Shown here in pieces: positions 32,205 to 41,284 of a stretch of 64,000 nt of DNA (position 1 is the stretch's first letter; every line of letters starts with the position of its first letter). The DNA lies in NCBI GenBank assembly GCA_964384805.1, contig CAYLLO010000001.1, forward strand, positions 5,623-69,622. Direction: 5' to 3'. This DNA comes from an uncultured Staphylococcaceae bacterium. Its GTDB lineage: Bacteria > Bacillota_I > Bacilli_A > ML615J-28 > CAG-313. The position numbers and the translations under genes are program-made. The notes beneath the pieces are model-generated. The model saw only the letters and a program-made list of their open reading frames with translations, did not search any database and was not told where the DNA came from.

Positions 32205-34037
32205 TTAATATAAATCACCAGGCATTTTTAGTTCTCCACGAGGAGATAAAGAAATATCAAATACTTTGATTCCTTCTGGACCAGTTAAGCGTTTATATTG
32301 TTGGGCTTTGAAACGACGTAAGAAACGATCATAATATGTTTCAGCTTCATTTTCATTTAAACAGAATAGTTCACACATTAAGAAGACTAAGCGTTCTTTA
32401 CTAGAGCCATTAGCTAATAATTCATATAAAATGAAATCATTAATTTCATATTTACCCAAAAATTCTTCAGTAGATTGTGAACTACTAATAAGTTCAGGAC
32501 TTATCATCGCTTGACAAACTTCTTCAAGTTCATCTGCAACTTCAGGATAATATTTAATGAAATGTTTTGTTAAATGACGAATAGCAGTTTTAGGTAGTCC
32601 TGAATTTACATTATACATTGCCATATGATCTCCATTAAAAGTAGAAAATCCTAAAGCTATTTCACTCATATCTCCAGTTCCAACTACTAAACTATTATTT
32701 GCATTAGCAAAATCCATTAATACTAATGTTCGATATCTAGCTTGTGAGTTTTCATATGATATGTTTTTTGTTTCGCCATCGTGGCCAATAAGATTTAAAT
32801 GATGACGTACTTCTTCGTTGACATCTATTAAATGATAATCGATTTCTAATTTTTTCATTAAGTTTATAGAGCGTTCTTTGCTAACATCGCTAGTCCCCAT
32901 AGCGGGCATCGTAATTCCATGAATAATTTTACGACTTAAATTAAAACGATCACACATATAAACCGCCATAAGTAAAGCTAAAGTTGAATCTAACCCTCCG
33001 CTAATTCCGATAACTACACCTTTTGCCCTACTATAGTTAAGACGATTATATAATGCATTGCTGATAACTTTTAAAATTTCATCTGATTGTTCAATTGTAG
33101 TTATGAAAGGAGTATTATTATATTTAGTATCAAGACAATAATTATCATATTTTATATCATTAATAGTTACAACTCCAATGTTATTGCCAACTTTATTTTT
33201 TGAAATTAGACGATGAAATTTAATAGTTTCTAAGTCAATATCAACATAAGAAATTTTACTATTGTAATCATTTAAACTATTTTGATTTAAGAGTAAATTA
33301 CCATTACAACAAACAATTTGTTCACCAGGAAATAAAATATCACTACTAGTTTCAGTAACTCCAGTTGAGGTATAAATATAGGCAGCATTACCAATTAAAC
33401 TAGCACTTTTACATAATGATAAATGTTCAGCATTTTTATTAATGCTATAGGAACTATTTCCAAGATTAAAAACAGCTTCGGCTCCATTATAATATAATAA
33501 ACCATTAACTGAAGGTAAATGCAAATAATCTTCGCCGATTTCAACTCCAAATGTAAAACTTCTATTAGGAGTACTGAATAACATAGTTCCAATTGGGACT
33601 GTTTGTTCAAATATTTTTATTTCTCCTATTTCATTAAAAAAATCACTACCATCAGTAAAATATTTTGCTTCACATGCTTCTTTGGTATTATTAAGATTAA
33701 ATTTAGGAACGATGCCTAAAATACGGTTACCTTGAATAACATAAGCAACGTTATAAAGACAACTATTATATTCTAAAATTGATCCTACAATGATTAAATG
33801 TTCATCATTATGTTCTAAAATATATTTTAAAGCTAAGTTTGCATCTTCAATAGTTTGTCGATTGGTAAACCAATCCCCTAAATTAGTTCCAGTAATTGCA
33901 AGTTCGGGAAAAACTAAAATAGCATTTTTTTTATCTTTTCCGATAATTTTAACAATTTCCATGGCATTTGAAAAAGTATCCCCTAATTTAGTTTTCGGTA
34001 CTACTAGACCGACTTTAATGAAACTATTTTTCTTCAT
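32205..34037 (-). CDS. nadE: glutamine-dependent NAD+ synthetase
   Basis: N-terminal CN-hydrolase domain plus C-terminal NAD synthase PP-loop GISGGLDS; 610 aa. Confidence 0.9.
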   Translation of the reverse strand: MKKNSFIKVGLVVPKTKLGDTFSNAMEIVKIIGKDKKNAILVFPELAITGTNLGDWFTNRQTIEDANLALKYILEHNDEHLIIVGSILEYNSCLYNVAYVIQGNRILGIVPKFNLNNTKEACEAKYFTDGSDFFNEIGEIKIFEQTVPIGTMLFSTPNRSFTFGVEIGEDYLHLPSVNGLLYYNGAEAVFNLGNSSYSINKNAEHLSLCKSASLIGNAAYIYTSTGVTETSSDILFPGEQIVCCNGNLLLNQNSLNDYNSKISYVDIDLETIKFHRLISKNKVGNNIGVVTINDIKYDNYCLDTKYNNTPFITTIEQSDEILKVISNALYNRLNYSRAKGVVIGISGGLDSTLALLMAVYMCDRFNLSRKIIHGITMPAMGTSDVSKERSINLMKKLEIDYHLIDVNEEVRHHLNLIGHDGETKNISYENSQARYRTLVLMDFANANNSLVVGTGDMSEIALGFSTFNGDHMAMYNVNSGLPKTAIRHLTKHFIKYYPEVADELEEVCQAMISPELISSSQSTEEFLGKYEINDFILYELLANGSSKERLVFLMCELFCLNENEAETYYDRFLRRFKAQQYKRLTGPEGIKVFDISLSPRGELKMPGDLY

Positions 34038-35847
34038 TTTGGTTCTCCTTGTATAAATTATTTTTTATAATATAATCGTATATTTCATTAGGTAATAAAC
34101 TTTGATCAAAAGTATTACGAAAATCAGAAGATGAAATATCCCCTATTTCATAATCAACTACCAAAAAATGATTTCGGTAATTATTTAAAAGCTTATTAGA
34201 TTTAAAAATTTCTTCAATATTAAAGCCTGAACGATTTAAAACAATAAAATTGTTTTGTTTAATTAGCTTTTTGGCATCTATCCAAGTAGTAATAAATGCT
34301 AAAGAATCAGCACCTATCACAAACCAAGGGTGGTTATATTCTTTTAGAGTTTCGACACTTCCTTTAAATTCGCGATTTTTTTCACTGGTTATTAATTCAA
34401 CATTTGATATATTCTTAATTAATAATTTTAACATTGCTATGCGTTCATTAAAAGATAAAAGTTGTTTGTTATGGTAGTGATAATCATCGCTGTTAGGAAC
34501 CAATAAAACTTCTGCATCTAATTGTTCAGTTAAAAGTTTTAAAATATTTTGATGAGCAAGAGTTGGAGGGTTGAAAGAACCACCAAAAAAAACCTTTTTT
34601 TTGCTATCTTTTATTATTTTTTTTGTTTCTTGAAAATTATTAATTCTATCGATGACTGCATTGGCAATTTTTTTCCCTGAAGCAATTGCTTCGACAATAG
34701 TTTTAGGACCAGTAAAAAAGTCTCCTCCAAAATAGTAATTTAAGTAATTATCGTTTTTGATAGAAATATGAGCATTAACAAAAAAATCTTTATTTGATTG
34801 GGCCCCTGTTGCCATAACAATTGTATCACATGGAAAACAACTAATAGCTCCTTCTATAGGAATAGCATTTTGACGTTTATCTTCTTCTTTCTCTGTTAAA
34901 CGCATTTTTTGAACTTGTAAACCAATTAAAACTTCATTTTTAACAATTGGTTGGATGGGAGTCCATAATTCAGCAAGATTAACTCCTTCATTAAGAGTGG
35001 CTTGAATTTCTTTCTTTGAAGCAGGTGAATTTTCAATATTACGGCGATAGACAATTGTTACATTATTTTTTAGACGTTTTAAAGCTCGTGCTGTATCCAT
35101 TGCGACATTACCTGCTCCAATGACAATAATATTTCGTTCTTTTATTTCACACTTATTTTGGTTATAAGCTTCCAAAATATCAAGTCCATAAAAACATGAT
35201 GGAAAATTTTCATTCCAAATATTAATAGGTATTTGAGCTCCTGTACAAATAATTTTAAAGTCATATTTTTCTAAATCTTTAATGCTTAGATTTCTACCTA
35301 ATTCATATTCTAAACATATTTTAACATTTAAATTTCTTAAAACACTGTCAAAATCTAAAAAAGTGTTAGAAAGATGTCTAAAATTAGGAACAAATTTATC
35401 TATAGTTCCACCTATCTTTTTTTCTTTATCAAAAAGAATTACTTTTACTCCTGCTCTAGCAAGTATTAAACTAATAGTTATTCCGGTAATCCCAGCTCCT
35501 ACAATTGCTGCAGTCTTAGAGTCTTTAACATTTTTAGAAACCGGTAAATCTTGTAAATAACTACCTTTATACATATTAGACAATAAATATTCTACTTTAC
35601 CTATTTCTACTGGTTTACCTTTTATGCCTCTAACGCATTGACCCTCACATTGATGATCATGAGCACATAAACTACCACAAAGCTCAGGCATAATTTGCGT
35701 TTTTAAAAGTTCACGATAAGCTTCATGGTATTGTTCTGATGAAACGTAATTCATAATACTAGGAATATCATTATGAATAGGACATCCTTTAACACATGAT
35801 GGATTTTGACATTTTAAGCAATAATCAGCAAGTTCTTTTATTATCAT
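34024..35847 (-). CDS. fusion protein: GltD-family FeS/FAD NAD(P)H oxidoreductase (N-term, approx. 410 aa) plus nicotinate-nucleotide adenylyltransferase NadD (C-term, approx. 190 aa)
   Basis: N-term Cys cluster CLKCQNPSCVKGCP, two dinucleotide-binding motifs (IVGAGITG, VIGAGNVAMD); C-term FFGGSFNPPTLAH (H/T-x-G-H nucleotidyltransferase motif); continuous 607-aa ORF. Confidence 0.7.
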   Translation of the reverse strand: MIIKELADYCLKCQNPSCVKGCPIHNDIPSIMNYVSSEQYHEAYRELLKTQIMPELCGSLCAHDHQCEGQCVRGIKGKPVEIGKVEYLLSNMYKGSYLQDLPVSKNVKDSKTAAIVGAGITGITISLILARAGVKVILFDKEKKIGGTIDKFVPNFRHLSNTFLDFDSVLRNLNVKICLEYELGRNLSIKDLEKYDFKIICTGAQIPINIWNENFPSCFYGLDILEAYNQNKCEIKERNIIVIGAGNVAMDTARALKRLKNNVTIVYRRNIENSPASKKEIQATLNEGVNLAELWTPIQPIVKNEVLIGLQVQKMRLTEKEEDKRQNAIPIEGAISCFPCDTIVMATGAQSNKDFFVNAHISIKNDNYLNYYFGGDFFTGPKTIVEAIASGKKIANAVIDRINNFQETKKIIKDSKKKVFFGGSFNPPTLAHQNILKLLTEQLDAEVLLVPNSDDYHYHNKQLLSFNERIAMLKLLIKNISNVELITSEKNREFKGSVETLKEYNHPWFVIGADSLAFITTWIDAKKLIKQNNFIVLNRSGFNIEEIFKSNKLLNNYRNHFLVVDYEIGDISSSDFRNTFDQSLLPNEIYDYIIKNNLYKENQNEEK

Positions 35848-35907
35848 AACTTATTCCTCCTGCTTATTTATTTTAACATATAAACAAAAAAATAGGTAAA
35901 AAATTGA

Positions 35908-37218
35908 TTATATTTTACCTATTCTTAAATGATTTAAAATCGTTTTTTCAAATACTTCTCCACGTTCTAAATAATTCTTAAATTGATCTGTACTAGGGGA
36001 AGCAGGAGAAAAAAGAATACAAGTTTTTTCTTTAAAATTAGTTGGCATTATTCCAATGACATCTATTAAAGTATCTTTGACGATATAATTAACACTAATA
36101 CTATCTAAAACTTCAGCTATTTTATAACGATTTTCTCCATATAAATAAGCACCAGAAAAACATTTTAATTCTTTATTTAATTGATACCAATCTTCGCGTC
36201 GATCTAATCCACCTGCTATCCAATATAGTTGGAATTCTTCATTTTTTAAAAATTCAACAGCTTTTATTAAAGATAAAAAATTAGTTGATTTAGAGTCATT
36301 ATAAATTATTAAATTATCATTGTGATAAATTTTTTCTAACCGATAATCAGGAATTTTAAAGCTTTGTAATACTTCTAAAACTTGTTCATTATTTATTTTA
36401 AATAAAGAGCTAGTAGCGAGAGCCATTTTAAAATTGATTTGGTTGTGAAGTTCAGGGAATTTTATTTTAATTAATTCATCATCTATTATATTTGTTTGAT
36501 TAATAGCGATTTTTCTTCCTTTAAAATTTTTTATTTCATCATAATCATCTAATTCCGAAGAATATATTAAATAATCGTTAGAATTCATATTTTTGATAAT
36601 TTTAAATTTAGATTCGACATAATGTAAAAAAGATGGGTGATGATCTAAATGATTAGGATAAATATTAGTAATAATACTAATTTGAGGATGAAACTTATAA
36701 GTGCTTGCTAACATATAACTAGAACATTCTATTAAAACAATTTCATTCATAAAGTTTTTAATACTTTCTAAATCAAATAGAGGGATACCAATATTTCCTC
36801 CTAAATAGACATTATATTTTTTTTCTAATAGAGCCTTTAACATTAAAATAGTTGTTGTTTTACCATTTGTACCTGTAACCGCGATTATTATAGCTGAAGG
36901 GTATAAAATACTAAATAATTCTATATCACTAATTACCTTTTTATTTTTTTCTTTTGCTTTAGATAATAAAGGAGTGTTAAAAGGAATTCCAGGGCTTTTA
37001 ATAATAATGTCAATATTTTTTAAATCTGTTAAATCATTAGCATTTTTTAAAATTTGATATGATACTTTATTTTTGATAAAAAAACGTTCTAAACTTTGAT
37101 TAGTAATTCCGTATCCATATAATAAATATTTTTTATTTAAAATAATTTCACCCCCAAAATGACACCTATTAATGACATTACTAGACTGAAACTCCAAAAT
37201 ATTAAATCTATTTGCCAT
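35908..37218 (-). CDS. murD: UDP-N-acetylmuramoylalanine--D-glutamate ligase
   Basis: Mur ligase P-loop GTNGKTTT; start uncertain (ATG at 37218 overlaps mraY by about 80 nt; no canonical start near mraY stop). Confidence 0.8.
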   Translation of the reverse strand: MANRFNILEFQSSNVINRCHFGGEIILNKKYLLYGYGITNQSLERFFIKNKVSYQILKNANDLTDLKNIDIIIKSPGIPFNTPLLSKAKEKNKKVISDIELFSILYPSAIIIAVTGTNGKTTTILMLKALLEKKYNVYLGGNIGIPLFDLESIKNFMNEIVLIECSSYMLASTYKFHPQISIITNIYPNHLDHHPSFLHYVESKFKIIKNMNSNDYLIYSSELDDYDEIKNFKGRKIAINQTNIIDDELIKIKFPELHNQINFKMALATSSLFKINNEQVLEVLQSFKIPDYRLEKIYHNDNLIIYNDSKSTNFLSLIKAVEFLKNEEFQLYWIAGGLDRREDWYQLNKELKCFSGAYLYGENRYKIAEVLDSISVNYIVKDTLIDVIGIMPTNFKEKTCILFSPASPSTDQFKNYLERGEVFEKTILNHLRIGKI

Positions 37219-38123
37219 TCTGAATAATTTAATAATTCTAAATGATGATGAAATGGAGCCATTTTGAAAATACGTTTACCATTAGTTATTTTAAAATAAG
37301 TAACTTGTATAATATCACTTAATGTCTCAATAACTAAAGCACTCCCCATAATTAGTAGTAAAAATTCAACTTTTAAAATCATAAATATGCAGGCAATAAG
37401 TCCTCCTAAAATCATCGAACCAGTATTTCCCATAAATATTTTGGCTGGATTGATATTAAAAAACATAAAACCTAAAATAGTTACAATCGATACGATGCTT
37501 AATAATAATATTTCAGCGTTAGAAATTAAATATGAATAAATAGCTATACCTAATAAAATTGTAATAATGATTCCACTGGCTAATCCATCAATGCCATCAG
37601 TTAGATTAACAGCATTAGCTGTAGCAGAATAAAAAAACATTAAAAATACACCATAAAAAAATGATAAATTAATTGTTTTACCAAAAAAACTAATTGTAGA
37701 ATCATGATTATTAATAATAAGAAGGCCATAAATTATCAAAGCGACGATTAATTGAAGAATAAATTTTAAGTTAGGCTTAATCCCTGTATTATTATGCCTA
37801 ACAACAATTAAGTAATCATCAATAAAACCGATTAAACCATAACCTATTATTGAAATAATTATTAATAAATTTTGATAAGTAAAAACTGGCAGTTTAGTTA
37901 TTAAAAGGACCAGTAAATAGCAAGAAATGATAAAAATTCCAAAAATAACTCCTCCCATAGTTGGAGTACCATGTTTTGCTAGATGTTTTTGAGGGCCATC
38001 TTCTCTTATTGATTGAGATATTTTTTCTTTTTTTAAAAAAGGAATATAGAGTAGATAAACAATTAATTCAAATATAAAAATTATAAATAAGCAAATTTTT
38101 AAAATATCAAAATTTTTAAACAT
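37137..38123 (-). CDS. mraY: phospho-N-acetylmuramoyl-pentapeptide transferase
   Basis: Polytopic membrane protein, 328 aa; position between murE and murD; conserved Asp-rich loops. Confidence 0.9.
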   Translation of the reverse strand: MFKNFDILKICLFIIFIFELIVYLLYIPFLKKEKISQSIREDGPQKHLAKHGTPTMGGVIFGIFIISCYLLVLLITKLPVFTYQNLLIIISIIGYGLIGFIDDYLIVVRHNNTGIKPNLKFILQLIVALIIYGLLIINNHDSTISFFGKTINLSFFYGVFLMFFYSATANAVNLTDGIDGLASGIIITILLGIAIYSYLISNAEILLLSIVSIVTILGFMFFNINPAKIFMGNTGSMILGGLIACIFMILKVEFLLLIMGSALVIETLSDIIQVTYFKITNGKRIFKMAPFHHHLELLNYSEWQIDLIFWSFSLVMSLIGVILGVKLF

Positions 38124-39546
38124 ACTTTTCTTCCTTTAAAATTTTTAAAATCATTTCTAAATCAGTATATTCTTGATCTAATACTTTAGTTTTCTCATAA
38201 CCTTTCCCCATTAGAACAATTGTATCATTGACTTTGCTGTCTTTTATGGCTTTTCTAATTGCTTCCATACGAGATTCAATAATTGTATAGTTGTTAGTTG
38301 TAAGATCACAAGTTATTTCTTTAATTATTTTTTCAGTACTTTCATTACGTGAATTATCTTCTGTAAAGTAAACAAAATTGGAGAATTGACAAGCTAATTT
38401 ACCAATAATTGGCCTTTTTAAACGATCTCTATTACCGCCACAACCAATAATAAGTTTTATGTTATGATGATTAAAAGAATTAATAGCTTTAAGAGAAGCC
38501 TCAACAGCGTTGGCGGTATGAGCATAATCAATAATAAAAGTTCTATTATAAATTTGGTAAACATTCATTCGACCATTTATACGTTGAATATTTTTTAAAA
38601 AATCGCTAAAATTGTCTAATGGAATTTGAAGAATAGTTAATATACCATAAATAATGGTAATATTTTGAACATTAAATTCACCTATTAAAGTTGTTTCAAA
38701 GGCATTAAGATTGTTTTTAGTATTTACAAAAAATAAAGTTTTATCGATTGTTGATTCAACTATTTCATAACAAAAATTACATTCTTTATTTTGTCCAAAA
38801 TTATAAATTTTAACAGGGGATAAACGCACTAGTTTATCATAATTATTAATATCTTTGTTGATTAAAACTGCTCCTTTATTTTTTAATTGATACATTAAAA
38901 GTGCTTTAGAATAAAAATAATCAGTTATATTTTCATGATAATCTAAATGATCTTGAGTGATATTAGTATAGGCGAGTACATCAAATGATATTTCTGCAAT
39001 TCTCATTTCACAAATAGCTTGACTACTTACTTCAATAATGATATATCCTTTACTATAATGACTATTTAATATAGTGTTATATATGGTTAAGATATGAGGA
39101 GTTGTATTTATGGTATGGAAAAATTTATTACCAACATAATTCCCATTACTTGAAAAACAAATAACATTATAATTTAAAGAAAGTAAATATTTATATAGAA
39201 GATTGCAGCAAGTTGTCTTACCATTGGTCCCAGTAATTGCAATTATTTTAAAATTATTTAATTTTTTATGATATCGTTTTTTTAAAATTATTGCCAATTC
39301 TTTTTTGGGATTTTCAACTTTGATAACATTAATATTGTCATTAATACTTTGATAATTACTACTAGTAATAATTGTTAAAGCTCCTTTACGAATTGCTTCA
39401 TCGATATAATTAATCCCATCATGTGTTGTACCTTTTATAGCAACAAATATTGAACCTTGGATAACATCTTGAGAATTATCCGTAATTTTGGTTATAATAT
39501 GGTTATTTTTTATTAATACATTTTGATATAAATTGCTTATTTTCAT
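38116..39546 (-). CDS. murE: UDP-N-acetylmuramoyl-tripeptide--2,6-diaminopimelate (or lysine) ligase
   Basis: P-loop GTNGKTT; start set to ATG 39546 (MKISNLYQ) preceded by GGAGGA RBS. Confidence 0.85.
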   Translation of the reverse strand: MKISNLYQNVLIKNNHIITKITDNSQDVIQGSIFVAIKGTTHDGINYIDEAIRKGALTIITSSNYQSINDNINVIKVENPKKELAIILKKRYHKKLNNFKIIAITGTNGKTTCCNLLYKYLLSLNYNVICFSSNGNYVGNKFFHTINTTPHILTIYNTILNSHYSKGYIIIEVSSQAICEMRIAEISFDVLAYTNITQDHLDYHENITDYFYSKALLMYQLKNKGAVLINKDINNYDKLVRLSPVKIYNFGQNKECNFCYEIVESTIDKTLFFVNTKNNLNAFETTLIGEFNVQNITIIYGILTILQIPLDNFSDFLKNIQRINGRMNVYQIYNRTFIIDYAHTANAVEASLKAINSFNHHNIKLIIGCGGNRDRLKRPIIGKLACQFSNFVYFTEDNSRNESTEKIIKEITCDLTTNNYTIIESRMEAIRKAIKDSKVNDTIVLMGKGYEKTKVLDQEYTDLEMILKILKEEKYV

Positions 39547-39558
39547 AATTTCCTCCAT

Positions 39559-41230
39559 GACTGGGGCGCTTCGCTTCCAGTCTCAAACACCTTATTAAAG
39601 GAAGCCTCCCAAAAATTTATTTTTTGTGATATAATATTATTGATAGTAACACACTACAAAGCACGATGAGGTGAGTGGTGAATAAAAGTTTTATGACTTT
39701 CCACTTTTATATCCCGTATAATTATATGTGTAGTTATTCTGTTAAGCACAAACAATTAGGTAACCAAGCCTGTACACTTATCTTTGTGGAATCAAAAGAT
39801 ACCTCGCTAGGAATAACAGTCACTGTTACTATCACCTTGTTTTACTAGGTAAGTAAAAAGATGGAGGTATTATTATGATGAAGATTGTGTATCCAATTTG
39901 CTGTGGTTTGGATGTGCACAAAAAGATTTTAGTTGCTACTATTGCTAAAACTGATTCTTTAAATGTAACAACTTATGAAACTAAAGCTTTTTCTACTATC
40001 AATTCTGATATTTTAAAATTAAAACAATGGTTATTAGATAATAATTGTCTTAATCTTTGTATGGAATCCACTGGTAAATATTGGATTCCTGTTTTTAATT
40101 TACTTGAGGATTCAATTAAAGTCTGTCTTACCCATCCTAAATACGTTAAAGCGATTAAAGGTAAAAAGACAGATAAGTAAGACTCTAAATGGATCGCTGA
40201 TTTATTTAAACACGATCTTGTTCCTTGCTCTTTTATCCCTCCTAAAGATATTAGAGAATTACGTGATATTTGTAGATACCGCTATAAGCTTGTTTGTAAT
40301 CGTACTTCTGAAAAAAACCGTGTTCAAAACTCTATGACTGTTTCTAACATTGGGATTGCTAATATTGTTACCGATCCTTTTGGTAAAACAGCTACTAATG
40401 TTATGAAATATCTTCTTGAACATGATAATAAAACTATTGATCATGATCATGTTAAATCTCTTCTAAATAAAGGTTTGAAAAAGAAAGCAGATGAAATTAT
40501 TGATTCCATTACTGGAAGTAATATTTCTTCTGACCAATCTTTTAAATTAAATATTTGTTATCAACACATTGAAGAACTTGATAATTATATTTCTATCCTC
40601 GAAGATGAATTAATTAAACGTTCCGCTAAATATAATTCTTTTATTGAACTTGCCATGCAAATACCTGGAATTCAACGTATTTCTGCTATTTGGATTGTTA
40701 GTGAAATCGGTGTAGATATGGATGTTTTTAAAGATGCCAAACATCTTGTTTCTTGGGCCGGTCTTTCTCCTACCAACAATGAATCAGCCAATAAAAAATA
40801 TTCAACTAAAATATCTAAAGCAGGTGTTTACATCAAGCCGCTGCTCATTCAATGTGCTCTTTGTGCGATCGCTAATAAAAAGAATCTTTATTATAAAAAT
40901 AAATATGATAACATTAAATGAAGACGTGGACACAAGAAAGCTATAATTGCGATTGCTAGAATGATGCTAACTGCTATTTATTATATGTTTTCAACTGGTG
41001 AAACTTTTGCACCTTATGATATCAATGATTTTGATAAACCAAAGAATAAAAAACAAGTTCTTAACACAACTAATACTTTAGAATATCTAAAAAATTTAGG
41101 ATTAGATATATCTTCAATAGAGAATCAACTAAATAATTTTAACGAAAATTCACAGCAATTATAACTAAATATAATGGACTTTAAAAATGACGTTGCTCAC
41201 CATTTTTAAAAATAGTCAATATTGGGCTTT
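39559..41230 (+). mobile_element. IS110-family insertion sequence (decayed), inserted between pbp and murE
   Basis: About 315-nt GC-richer leader with terminal hairpin gactgg...ccagtc and extended -10 TGATATAAT (39628-39636), then IS110-type transposase reading frame; ends approximate (IS110 elements lack clear IRs). Confidence 0.6.
39875..41164 (+). pseudogene. IS110-family transposase with two in-frame nonsense codons
   Basis: Three ORF fragments (39875-40180, 40334-40921, 40961-41164) are all in the same frame; they are separated only by TAA at 40178-40180 and TGA at 40919-40921; N-terminal DEDD-type region (CGLDVHKK) and C-terminal IS110 core (IPGIQRISAIWIVSEIG...AGLSPTNNESANK). Confidence 0.7.
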
Positions 41231-41284
41231 TTTTGTGTTCAATTGATTAAATAAATTTTTGGTTGTTATCTTTCACACTTTCTC

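Noticed and set aside
40178-40921. In-frame TAA and TGA inside the IS110 transposase might indicate stop-codon reassignment (for example TGA=Trp, code 4)
   Set aside because: Every other long gene in the window (lepA, mutS, valS, ppdK, pnp and so on) is intact with no internal TGA or TAA and terminates on standard stops. Sporulation genes rule out a Mollicute. The two stops are simple nonsense mutations in a decaying IS.
40104-40946. Alternative-frame ORFs 40104..40337, 40259..40450 and 40722..40946 inside the IS110 element
   Set aside because: They overlap the transposase frame, which has clear family-level similarity along its whole length. They have no RBS.
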